Positions 27,007 to 39,048 of a DNA stretch of 64,000 nucleotides are shown piece by piece; positions within the stretch are counted from its first letter, which is position 1; every line of letters begins with the position of its first letter. Both the position numbers and the translations under genes were made by a program. Under the pieces are notes generated by a model. It was given only the letters and a program-made list of their open reading frames with translations, had not been told where the DNA came from and searched no databases. The stretch lies in contig JABLTG010000020.1 in assembly GCA_016618085.1 (NCBI GenBank), forward strand, positions 1-64,000, read 5' to 3'. The DNA is from Neovahlkampfia damariscottae (taxonomy: Eukaryota).

Positions 27007-29091
27007 ATGTTTTACGAAAACTGTTTTGACTTTATCAATTCTCTTGATCCATTACTTCAGGATGAATTATTAGACATAGATATATTTATTAAAGAAGTCA
27101 ACACAACCAGTTTCGTAAATCAAGATATCAAAGAATTTATCCAAAAAGAAAAAACAATAGAAATTTTAGAAAATAAAAAAAATAATAAGAATATATTGTC
27201 GTTTTTATTGTTGGAATATTTGGAATATATTAATCAAGGTCCTACTGAAAGAAAACTAGAATCTAAACCGAGTATGCGAAGAAAAAAAGAGGTTGTTTTT
27301 TCACCACCAAAGTTAGAAGAAGGAAATATTGAAAGTATACAAACACCAGTTGGAAAATCTTCTAGAGTTAGAAAAAATAGAATTCAACAAGAAGAACAAC
27401 CACCTCTTCAAAGTGAAATAGAAAATATTACACTGGCTGTCGCAGAAGAAAACAAAGAAATAACTTCTGAAGAAGAAGAAGAAGAAAATACAGAAGTGGA
27501 ACAAGTTGTTATTGAAGATATCAAAAAAATTCAAGAACAATCACAAGTTCCAGAAAAGACTGTAAAATCGCAAATCGAAACTGAATTAGTAAAAACAGAA
27601 GATGTAGTAGCAGAAAAAAGAAAACCACCAATTCCAATTAAACCTACAACACCATTCGAAAGTGAAATGGAAAATGCTAAGAAAAAACCACCGATTCCAA
27701 AAAAGCCAATAACGAGCCCTGTTGTATCATCTCCAATGGAACAATTGGAAAAGGAACAAGAAAATCTAATTGTAAAAAAACCACCTGTCCCAAAAAAGCC
27801 AAGTACACCTATTGCAAAAACAGATAACCTTGATACTAATAATTTGGAGAAAAAAAAACCACCAGTACCTCAAAAACCTCCTGTTCCTCAAAAACCTTCA
27901 ATTCAAGAAGAAGAAGAAGAAACAAAAGGAGAAGAAACCAATGATGAAATACAAAGTATTGTATCAAAAAAACCACCAGTACCTAAAAAGCCTCCAACTC
28001 CTTACAAACCTTCAGATACATCAATACCAGAAGAAAAGCGTTCCTCTAATGGTGACGTCTTTGGTGTAAAACCTCCAACACCATCAAAAAAGCCAAAAGT
28101 AATAGAAACAGAAGAATTTGAATCTATTGAAGAAAAGAAATTGAGACTTCAACAATCTTTTGGAAAAAAACCTCCAGTACCAAAATTGAAACCTAAAGAA
28201 GAAGAAGTTGTTCAAAGAAAAAGAGGAAAAGAAATTCAACCAATTGTAACAGATGATGTTGAAGTAAAATTAAATCCAAAATCACCAAGAAAATCACCAA
28301 GAAGAAGAGTATTTGATAAAAGAGAATCACCACATACTATAAAAACAAAAGAAACACCTGTAAAACCAATTGCATCAAAACCTTCATCAGAATCAAAAAG
28401 TCTTTTCAGAAAATCAAATTCAAAAAAGAATTTAAAAGAAAAGATAACACCAGGTTCAACATCAGTGCAAAATATAATTATTGATTTTGATAATATTGCA
28501 AAAGAAAAAGGAAATTTGGAACCTGAAATAAAAAGACCTGGAAAACCAAAAAAGAAAAGACCAGTTTCAAAAAAGAATCAAATATTACAAGAATTAGATG
28601 AAATTGAAAAAAAAACAATTGAAGAATCATTCAATGAGAAATCTATTGAAAATATAAAAGAAGAAGAAAAAGATTATAAAAAATTAAAAGAACAAAAATT
28701 ATTAAATTTATCAAAAAAGAAAGAAAATAATTTACAAATTGAAATTAATGAGGATAATGAAAAACTATTTTTAGAAGTAGAAAAAACAAGAAATTCTTCT
28801 TCTTCATCAACTCCAACTGCGAGTGGTGCACCAAAAAAAAAACAATTTCCAACATCTTCATCAAATACTCCAGAAGATGGCACACCAAAATGGTTGAAAG
28901 AAATACAATCAAGAAAAAAAAAGGATGAAAGTGCGACAACACAAACTGAAAACAAAATTGAAGAGAATGAAGAAAACGAAAAAATTGCTCCATGGATGAA
29001 AGAAATGAAATTGAAAAAAATTTCACCAACTGATGACTCAAAATTGAAAGAAAAACCGGCTGTACCAAAAAAACCAATCTCACAAAAATAA
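27007..29091 (+). CDS. Disordered proline/lysine-rich protein with ~10 KKPP(V/I)PxKP motifs
   Basis: Long intact ORF; first in-frame ATG at 27007; repeated PxxPxK motifs. Confidence 0.75.
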   Translation: MFYENCFDFINSLDPLLQDELLDIDIFIKEVNTTSFVNQDIKEFIQKEKTIEILENKKNNKNILSFLLLEYLEYINQGPTERKLESKPSMRRKKEVVFSPPKLEEGNIESIQTPVGKSSRVRKNRIQQEEQPPLQSEIENITLAVAEENKEITSEEEEEENTEVEQVVIEDIKKIQEQSQVPEKTVKSQIETELVKTEDVVAEKRKPPIPIKPTTPFESEMENAKKKPPIPKKPITSPVVSSPMEQLEKEQENLIVKKPPVPKKPSTPIAKTDNLDTNNLEKKKPPVPQKPPVPQKPSIQEEEEETKGEETNDEIQSIVSKKPPVPKKPPTPYKPSDTSIPEEKRSSNGDVFGVKPPTPSKKPKVIETEEFESIEEKKLRLQQSFGKKPPVPKLKPKEEEVVQRKRGKEIQPIVTDDVEVKLNPKSPRKSPRRRVFDKRESPHTIKTKETPVKPIASKPSSESKSLFRKSNSKKNLKEKITPGSTSVQNIIIDFDNIAKEKGNLEPEIKRPGKPKKKRPVSKKNQILQELDEIEKKTIEESFNEKSIENIKEEEKDYKKLKEQKLLNLSKKKENNLQIEINEDNEKLFLEVEKTRNSSSSSTPTASGAPKKKQFPTSSSNTPEDGTPKWLKEIQSRKKKDESATTQTENKIEENEENEKIAPWMKEMKLKKISPTDDSKLKEKPAVPKKPISQK

Positions 29092-29140
29092 ATTTTCAAC
29101 CAATCATATTTATTAACCAATCAATTGATTTTTTTTTAAA

Positions 29141-29465
29141 ATGCAAAGAGCAGCAATTTACCCAAAAGTTGTACTTTCTGGTTTTTTCTTTGGAGGAATG
29201 ATTTACGGAAATCAAAAACAACAAAGTTTATATTCAAAAGCACTTGATATTGTTACAAAAGAAGATAAAGAAATTGAAAGTTACAGAACTGAAGTCAGAC
29301 AACGTGAAGAATTAGAAAGAGCGACATGTAAGAAGATACATTTTTTAATCACATTTAATTTTAGTGGCTGGTGAAGATTTGTCTTTATATAACGTACCTG
29401 CTGGATTACGTGGTTTAGTTTCTACTTTCAGAAATACTAACAAAAAAAAAGAAGAATCAAAATAA
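29141..29465 (+). CDS. Small single-TM plus coiled-coil protein (1 intron); possibly ATP synthase subunit e-like
   Basis: TM with GxxxG/G..YG followed by a charged helix; intron restores frame to KEESK*; function is a guess. Confidence 0.5.
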
Positions 29466-29602
29466 ACTTTTTAATTTTGACAACCAAAAAAAAAAAAAAA
29501 AAAACTATAAATGGTTGAGTCATTTCTTCACAAATTTATCACCCAATCATATCAATTTTATAACTTTACAACCGAACGATAACAAACCAACAAAAAAAGA
29601 AG

Positions 29603-31968
29603 ATGAATAAATTATTGTAAAGTAAACATAATTAACCACTGTATTACTTTTAGTAACTTCGATAATCAAAAAACTTTCAAACCGATGAAAAACGTACCAA
29701 AAGGAACAATGAGGTTTGATCTTCACTCACAAGTGAAAGATAAAATTGAAGAAGGACACACAAGGTAAGAAAACATGTTTAAATCTTTAAAATTGATAGT
29801 GCTGTTGTCTTTGAAATGGTACAACTGCCAAAAGGTGCAGACTTAAACGAATGGCTAGCTGTTCATAGTAAGAGAGAGAAATACAATATATTTTAATACT
29901 TATTTCAAAGCTATTGATTTTTATAATAAAATAAGTAAAAAAAAGAAAAATAATATTTATTTTTCAATAGATATGATATTTAGTCAAATTGAAAAACATT
30001 GTAAATGTGATTCAATGAAAGCAGGAATAGGTTTTGAATATTTATGGAAAGGTTAGTATAAAATAGATATATCAACATATTTAATAGATCATGATAAATA
30101 TAAAAAACCAACAGTTTTACCTGCACATCAATATATTGAAAAAGTATTGGATTACGTTGAAAAGAAATTGAATGAATTTCCAATTGATTCTAATGAATTT
30201 CCAAAAGATTATAAAAAAACAGTTTCTAAAATATTCAGTAGAATATTAAGAATTTATGCACATATTTTACATCAACATTTTGATACTTTAAAAGAATTAT
30301 CTATTGAAAAACAAACTAATATGAGTTTAAAACATTTTTTTGCATTTGCATATACATTTGAATTAATATCTATAACAGAATTAGAAGCATTAAAAGATTG
30401 GGCATTAAATTATTTAAATTTAAATATGTAAGTGTGAAATATATATATTAATTTATCAAAAAAGAAAATCAAAAAGTAAAAGAAAACAATCAAATGTTAC
30501 ACCAAAAACTAAATTATCAATTAAAGAAGCTAATTCATTACATATTGAAATTGTAGCATTATCTGGATTTGAAGAAGAATGTAGTGATTTATTTATTGAA
30601 TTTATTTATGATAAAGAAGAATTTACAACAGAAATTATAAAAAAAACAATAAATCCAGAATGGAATGAAACATTTAATTTATTAATTAAAAATAAAATGG
30701 ATGATGAATTTATTACATTTAAATTATATTCACAAATAAATAAAAATAAAAGAATTGAATTAGGGAATTTAGAAATAAGATTAAATGAATTATTTGATGA
30801 AAAAAGAATAGATAAATGGTTTGAAATGAATAAATTTAGTTCAATTAATAATAAATTAGAATTAAGATTAATATTACAATTTACATCAAGTGAAAGTGGA
30901 ATGATGAATTATTTATCTGCATTAACAAGTTTAGAAAAATATAATGAATTATATACATTTTTAAATTCATTATCTACTATTGAATATATTCAATTATTTG
31001 ATAATCCTTTCATTTCATTTGATGAATTAAATATTTGGAAATCTATTTTATTATTAAGAAATGATAAAGAAGATTTATTAAAAACATTATTTACATTAGA
31101 AATTAATGATTCATTAGAAGAAACATTATTTAGATCAAATTCATTATCTACAAAATTATTTTTTGCATACTTTAAATTAATTGGTCAAGATTATTTACAA
31201 AAGACTATTGGTTTAGCTGTTCAAAAAGTTTGTAATGAAAATTTATATTTAGAAATAGATCCATTAAGAGCAATTGAAGGTACAAATTGTGATGATAAAA
31301 TGAAAGTAATTTTAATTTATTCAAAATTATTTTTTAATTCAATTATTGAATCTGGTGATTTAATACCAAATTCAATACGTCATTTATTAATTCATTTAGA
31401 AAAAGAAGTTTCAAAAAAATATGAAAATAAAACTATTACTGCAATTAGTGCATTAGTAATGTTGAGATATATTTGTCCTTCTATTATTACACCACAAAGT
31501 TTTAATTTAATTTATAAAACACCAGAAAAGAATGCAAGAAGAACATTAACTTTAATTAGTAAAATTATTCAACAAATTTCAAATCAAATTTTGTTTAAAG
31601 AAAAAGAAGAATTTATGTTACCTTCAAATAATTTCATTTTAAAAAATATGGATTTAATGGAATTCTTTTTAAAATCATTATTAAAAGAACCAAGTTCGAT
31701 AAAAGATTCAACTCTAATTCCAACAAATCAACAATTATTATTCTCTTTATATCATGTTCATTTACATTTTAATAATAATCTTGAAAAATATAAAAAGAGT
31801 TTTGATTCAAAAAAATCATTTCAAAATTATAAATCTTATCCAAATCAAAATAATACAATTCAAAATTTTAAAAAATTTGAAAAAATTAATCAAAATATTG
31901 GTATTCAACAATTATCTTTAATACAAAGACAAAAAATTAAAAGTTCAAAAATTAAAGATGATCAATAA
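29603..31968 (+). CDS. Predicted MOB1-C2-RasGAP fusion protein (6 introns); MOB part 29603-30427, C2/RasGAP part 30465-31968
   Basis: MOB: KTFKP, LPKGADLNEWLAVHTIDFYN, EYLW, FPKDYKK..RIYAHILHQHF. C2: KKTINPEWNETF. RasGAP: LFRSNS, MLRYICPSIITP, RRTLTLISKIIQ. Intron 30428-30464 joins them in frame. Confidence 0.8.
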
Positions 31969-32060
31969 AATTCGTTATTTTTATTATCCAATTATATTCG
32001 ATTTGAAAATATCCAATTAAAAAGGTTTTTAAAAAAACAAACTTTGTTGATCATTCCAAA

Positions 32061-33310
32061 ATGTCAAATATTGTAGTTATTGATAATGGTAGTTATTCTA
32101 TAAAATTTGGTTCAACTTATGACGCAACACCTTATGAAATTGAAACATTAGTTGCTTTTGAAAGAGGAAATTTAAAAGTATCATCAGAAAGTTATTATAT
32201 TGGTTCTTCTGAAATTGAAAAAGAAAGAAAGGATAAAATTATTTCTCAAAGATATCCTATTCAAAATGGTTGTATTATGGTTTTTTAAAAAAAAAGGTTA
32301 AAAAATATAGGATTGGGATCAAATTGAAAGTTTATGGAATTATTGTTTAAAAACATTAAATTCAAAGTAAATAATATATCCTTTAAATTAACTAAAAAGA
32401 GATGATTTATCAATATTAATGACTCTTCATGCTATGACACCAAAGGATCATCGTGAAAGTATCACTGAAATGATGTTTGAATTATTTGAAATTGAACAAT
32501 TCTATATTGAAATACCTGGTGCTTTATCATTTTTTAATGAATTTAAAAATCAAAATGAAGGTTAGTTATTAAAAGGGGAAACTCAAATTTTTAAAGATGG
32601 TGTAATTATTGATAGTGGTAGTGGTGTAACAAATATCATACCAATTTTAAATGGAAAAGTAGATTTAAATAGAGTGTAATTCAAAGTGATAATTAATTTT
32701 CAATAGTCATAATTGTAAAGTTACTGGAAGAATAATATCTGAATATTTAAATAAATTAATATTAAAAAAAGGATATAATTTAAATTGTAAAGAAGAATAT
32801 AAAATAATTGAAAAAATAAAAAAAGAATACTCTTATTTATCTTTTAACTTTGATGAAGAATTAATAAAAAATAAAAATAAACAAGAAATTAAAAAATTTG
32901 AAATTGAAGAAACAAAAGAAATAATTTTATTGGATGAAGAAATATTTATTTGTAATGAAATATTATTTGATCCAACTTTATTTGGAATTCAAAATGGAAA
33001 TGGAATTCATCAAGAAATATTTGAAATGTTAAATTTTTATGAGGAAGAAAATTATGAAAAATTAACCAATAATTTATTATTAAGTGGTGGAAATACAAAA
33101 ATACCAGGTTTATTAAATAGATTTGATAAAGAATTAAAAGATTATTCAAAATTGAATGGTAAAAAATTTAATACAAAACCAAAAATATTAAAACAAAATT
33201 CAACTTGGTTTGGTGGTGTAGATTTTTCAAATTCAAAATATTGTGACTGGATAAAAAAAGAAGATTATGAGGATTATGGTTCAGGAATTGTTTTTAAAAA
33301 CTGTTTTTAA
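32061..33310 (+). CDS. Divergent actin-related protein, multi-exon
   Basis: VVIDNGSYSIKFG, YPIQNG..DWD, RESITEMMFE, IIDSGSG, EILFDP, LLSGGNTKIPG, STWFGG, YEDYG..CF. Confidence 0.85.
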
Positions 33311-33326
33311 TAAAAAAAAAATAAAT

Positions 33327-34016
33327 TTAATCTTGTCTTCCTTTAAGTTCTTTTGTAACAATTTCATCTTTTGTAATGACATGAACAACTCCACCCCAAC
33401 CACTTAAACAATCTCTATCAACTGATGCTAATAAACATTGAGAAATAGTTTCAAATAATTCATCTGGACCCATATCTTCTTTCCATACTGATTCACACAT
33501 ACCATAAAGATTTTCAGAACAAGTACCCAATACAACAAAATTTGAAGGATATGCAGATGCTCCAATTAAATCTTGTGCACAAATAAATGGTTTATCATTT
33601 TCAAGTCCACAAATAATTGGTTCACAAAACCAAGGTCCAAATCTATTGAGAAAAAAAAAATTAGACTTGATTTAAATCAAACCTTCTTTCATATAATAAA
33701 CTCGAAATTAAATTTGAAAATGAAGAAGGTTTGATATCTCTTTCTTCTCTTAATTTATATAAGTTTGTTCTAAAAACTAATTTTTCATGTCTATTTTTTT
33801 TTTTAATTCAAAAATATTAAATCTTTACACTGTTTGAACATCTGTTGCTAATCCAGCTAATCCAAGAAATGTTCTATCATTAATTTTGAAAACCTTTTGC
33901 ATATTTGTTGAAACAGTTTGTTGTTGAATACCAAATCTTCTATCTGCTGCAATAGCAACACAATCTTTACCAACCATTGCAACAATAGCACCTCCGTTAT
34001 ATTCAAGAATCGACAT
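33327..34016 (-). CDS. PSMB3: 20S proteasome subunit beta 3 (2 introns)
   Basis: [50 protein letters not shown]. Confidence 0.97.
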
Positions 34017-34098
34017 TTTGTTGTTTTTTTATTTTTAGATGAAAATTCCTTTATTGGTGGAAATATTGACCAATGAAAATTAAAAAGAGATAAATTTA

Positions 34099-36493
34099 TT
34101 ATTCATTTAATTCAATATCATATAAACGAATTGAATGATCATTTGAAGAAACTAAAAGATTAAAATATTTTTCTTCATTTTCATTTTGTGTAGTTTCAAA
34201 TTTATCGTTATTTATTCTCCATTTCATTCTTGTAATAGTTTCACATGGTAATAAATTCTTTTGAATTGAATGAAATATTTCAATATTCTTTTCATCATTT
34301 TCATTAAAATTAAAAAATGAAATATTTCCATTTTCAAAACCAATTGAAATTAAATTTAATTTTTGTGAAGGTAAAAATGAAATAGAAGTTATTGAATTTT
34401 TGAATAAAATTTCTTTTTTTAAATTTAAAGTTTCAGTTTCCCAAATTTTCATTTTTTGATCTCTTGAACCTGTAACAAAATATTTTCCATTTTTTGAAAA
34501 AGAACAATCCCAAATAATTCTTTCATGTGCTTCTTCTACTTGTTTATAAAATTTAAATAAACCATCATCTTGTTTTTTATATAAGACTATTTTTCTATCT
34601 CTTGAAATAGATATCATAAATTGATCATCATTTGAGAATTGAATTCTTGTAATTGTTAAATTATGATATCCTTTTAATTCTTGTTTAATTTTCCAATCTT
34701 TTGATGACCAAATTATTATTTTGGAATATTCTTTATTTTTAGATTTACAACTTGATGAAATTAAATTTGATTTGTTTGAACTTGTAATAGTCATAATCTC
34801 ATTGGAATGACCATATAATTTTTGTGTTTCTGGCCATAATGTATTTTGTAATAAATCTTCTTCAAAAGGTAATTCTTCAATTGAATTTAATTCACTTTTT
34901 ATATTTTCATTCTTTTCATTCTTTTTAATAATTTCTAATTTTTGTAAATCTAATTCTTTTATTGCTTCATCATTATTACTACTATTATCAATATTTTTTT
35001 CTTCTTCTTCTTGATTAATACCTTTATTTGATAATCCTAATTGAGAATATGTACCTTTTAAACTTCTTTTTATATTTTTATTTGAATCAATATTTGAAAT
35101 ATTTTTAATTAAATTTAAGAATGTGATAGGTGCTTCAAATACTCTGAATACTTTTTCATCATTTCCACCAGATATAAATTTATGTTCTTGTTCTTTAATA
35201 AAATCTAAACATAATAAATCATATCCATGTATTTGTGGTCTTGATATTTCATACCATAAATGATCACCATTATTATATTTTGAAAATAATCTTGTAGTTT
35301 GATCCAATGAAGTTGATAAGAAATAATTATATTTTGGATCCCATGAAATATCAACTACATTTGAAAAGTGACCAGATATTGATACTTTTGGTTTATTTTG
35401 ATTTAAATCCCATAAATGAAATGATCCATTATATCCGTGACCAATAATATATTTTCCGTCTTTTGAAAATCTGGCGCCAAAATATCCTAATTGACCAAAT
35501 AAACCACTTAATCCACCAAATTCACCAAATCTCTTTTTATTTATCCAAATACCATTCTCTTCATTTGAAGGCTCCCAAATCATCATTGTTCTTTCATTTT
35601 TTTTAAAAAATAATTATTCAAACCTATCCATTGAAGAAGATAATAAACTATATTCATTTTCTTTTGTTGGATTCCATTCAACAGTATGTACCCATTCTTC
35701 ATGTCCAATTAACAATGCATTAAAATAAATGAATATATTTTCATTTTTAAATACTTCATGTTCTGTTTTTTCTTCGTTCATTGTAACTTTATAAATACGT
35801 ATTTTATTATCTTGACATCCTGTTGATAATAATAATTCATCATCTTTTTCTTCTTTAAAACTTAAACAACGTATCCAATCTTGATGTCCTTGAATACTAC
35901 ATAACTTTTGAAATTCTTCGTCTTTTGATTTTTTTAAAAAGAAATGTAATAAATGATCACATCCACCACTTGCAATCAATATATTATCTTTATATTTTGT
36001 TATACTTGAGCATTCCATCATTTTTTTATTTACTATTTTTTGAAATAATTTCCATTCACTTCCTTCTTGTTCTCTACTCCAAATTATTATTTTTTTATCT
36101 GAACTTGTTGATACTAAATAATTTGAATAACTTGATAAACTAGTAACACTTCCTTCATGTCCTTTTAAAATTTGTTTTTGTTTCCATTCTTTATTCTCTT
36201 CTTCTCTACTCCAAATTATTATTTTTTTATCTGAACCACCAGATGATATTTCATTTTTATTAATCCATTTTAATGTATTAACTCTCTTTTCATGACCATT
36301 TAATGATAATATAACTTTATTTTTCTTTTTTTTTTTTTTTTGTTTAGAATATTCATGCTTGTCTTACTTCAACATCATAAAAAACAACACTTCTATGTCC
36401 AGCATAAGCAAATAAATTATTTTCTTTGCTCCAATCTGAACATCCTGATACTCTATTACATCCAATACTCAAAAAGTTTAGACTACTCTTCAT
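34099..36493 (-). CDS. ELP2: Elongator complex protein 2 (WD40), multi-exon
   Basis: IGCNR N-terminus, GHQDWIR, ALLIGHEEWV, EISRPQIHGYD, TLWPETQKLYGH, AHERIIWDC. Confidence 0.95.
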
Positions 36494-36582
36494 TTTTGAA
36501 AACTAAATAGATTTGATTGGTCAATATTAGTTGATGTTTTGGTTGGATAAATTAAAATAATTGTTAACAAAAAATACTAATA

Positions 36583-38093
36583 ATGATTCAACCAATTAAT
36601 GATTTTAATAAACAATTAAAAGAGAAAGATAAATATAAATATAGATATGGTAATATATTTATAGATGATGTTAAACCCTTTTCAAACTTTTCAAACTTGA
36701 ATAATATTTCAAAATATAATAATATATTATTGTAAGAATTATTATTATTATATTAATTTAATAGAGTTGGAGTAAATATATTTTATTAAAAGAATAAAGA
36801 TACATGGGTAATATAAATGTTAAATATATAATATACTTATTAGATGGGTAAAATCAAATAATAATAATAATAGTATTTAAAAATTAAAGGATGCAATACC
36901 ATTAGTTAGTAGAATACTTTATTCAGAGGATGATGCATTATTATCTTTAAAATTTATAGAGTTATGTAAAAAGATAATTATTGAAACCAATAAAATTAAA
37001 GAAGAAAATATAAATTATATAAGTTTAAAAGGACATGGTAAAATAGAGAATAGAGTATTAAAATATAAAAATAAAATGAAAAAAGATGATGATTTATTAA
37101 AATTTAAAGAGAGTGATTTAATTATATTTTTATGTCATTCACAAGGAGTACCTGTAGGTTGTATACTTTTAAATGAATTAATTAAAGAAGAATTAATATC
37201 TATAAAAAATAAAAAGATTAGTATGATATCTATGGCAGTAAACATTTTATTTATTTATATCTTTTTAAAAGGGATTACATCATGGTACAGATTGGAATCC
37301 ATTTGGTGTTGGTACTATTGGTTCATTAAATAAATCAACAAAAGAATTATATGAAATGAATAATTTAGATAGTAAAATATATAAAAAGTATTTAAATTCA
37401 ATTCAATTTTTATTAAATCAAAAAATGAAATTAATTTGTTTTTCTTCTTATGGTGATATATTAACTAATTTATATTCATCTTCTTTTGATGAAATGAATA
37501 ATTATAATTTAAAAAGAGGTTTATTTTTAAAATTCAATTTTGAAAGAAAATTAAAAAATGATTTCTTTTTATTTTTAATTTTATATTCATTTAAATGGAG
37601 AAATTTAAATTTAAAATTTAAACATTTATTTAAATTATTATCTTATTATGATCATTATTCATCATCATCATCATCATCATCAGATTTAGATTCATCTTCA
37701 CAAGTAAATGCTGATTTTTCATCTCATTCTTTAATTCATATGTATGTATAATTAATGTTTAATTCTTTTAGGGATTCAAATATTTATAAAATTGGTTTGA
37801 ATTATATTTTAGAAGAAGAAGAAGAAGAAAATTTAAATATTAGTTTGGATTCAAGTTCAGATTTAGATTTGAGTTTGAATAAGGGTTTAGAGAAAGAAGA
37901 AAATATTAATTTACATGAAAATGAAGATACAATTTCAAAGATTCTTTTAAAAATTAAAGAATACTATTTTGATGATTTTAAAAAGTTGAATGAATTATTT
38001 ATGAATTGGAATCCATTGACTAGAAGAAAAAAAAAATTAAAATTGGAATTAACATCTATATTTTATTCATCATCAACTAAATCAAAATTATGA
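36583..38093 (+). CDS. YML020W-like alpha/beta-hydrolase-fold protein with three micro-exons
   Basis: Spliced LLVGIHGW, ISLKGHGKIENRV, LCHSQGVP, SMAGLHHG, motifs recalled from the fungal YML020W family. Confidence 0.7.
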
Positions 38094-38224
38094 AATATTT
38101 AGTCTGGAATAAAATTTGATTGTAAAATTTGTCTGCTAAAAAAGGAGATATTTCGTCTTTCATCCACCAATAAAATCACATTATTGATTTTTCTTTCATA
38201 AAAAAAACGAAAAGTTTGTCTTCA

Positions 38225-39048
38225 ATGATGATTGGAAATAATAACTCAGCTGTGAAAACTGTTCATTTACCTGAAGATATTTACAAAGATTTCAAAGAAA
38301 TTGATCACCAAAGAAAACAGAATTCAGAATATCAATCTTTGATAAATTCGTTGCATGAAAAAACTGATTTAAATCAAGAAGAGAAAACAAAATTATGTGG
38401 ATTATACAAAACATCAATAGAAACATCAAGAAAAGAAGAGACGTAAAAAAAAACAACATCTAACAAAAAATAAGAATGCTTCAAAATGTGTTAGTCAAGC
38501 TCCAAACACTGATTGAAAACACAGAAAAAGATTCACCAAAGAAGAAATTCAAATCAAAAAATACAACAATTAGTTCCTATTTGGAAGACGATGAAGAGAT
38601 GGATGATGAAGAATTACAACAAGGTGATAGAGTAGCTTCAAGAGTTGATGGTGAAAACTTTTGGATTTTATCCAAATTTGTTTCAATGATTGATAAAAAT
38701 AAATATGAAATTGAAGATGAAGACATTGATGAAAATAATACCAAAATAAGAAAAAGATACAGATTGAACAAAAGCAGGTAAACAAAAGAATTCAATTTAA
38801 CAAATAGGATAATTCCACTTTCAAAGAATTTTCAGCAACATCAAGTATTAGAAAAAGGTACAAAAGTTTTAGCAGTTTATCCTGAAACTACTACTTTCTA
38901 TTCTGGTGTTGTTTACCAAATACCAAAATCTCATTCAAATTTGTATTTAGTTGAATTTGATGATGATGAAGATGAAGAAGGAAATTTAAATGGACCTAGA
39001 AAGATATCATTTAAACATTTGTTCGATTATTCAAAAATAAAATCTTAA
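38225..39048 (+). CDS. SGF29: SAGA-associated factor 29 (coiled coil plus tandem Tudor), 2 introns
   Basis: GDRVASRV..WIL, YEIEDED, KVLAVYPETTTFY, YLVEFDDD. Confidence 0.92.

Noticed and set aside
28510..28570. Capping-protein-interaction (CPI)-like motif LEPEIKRPGKPKKKRP
   Set aside because: Lacks the conserved His/Thr and spacing of LxHxTxxRPK
30494..30556. ATG at 30494 as an independent RasGAP start
   Set aside because: Out of frame with C2/RasGAP and stops after ~20 codons
32374..32385. ATATCCTT resembling a U12 5' splice site
   Set aside because: Lies inside an ordinary GT-AG intron that already restores the frame; no matching AC acceptor is needed
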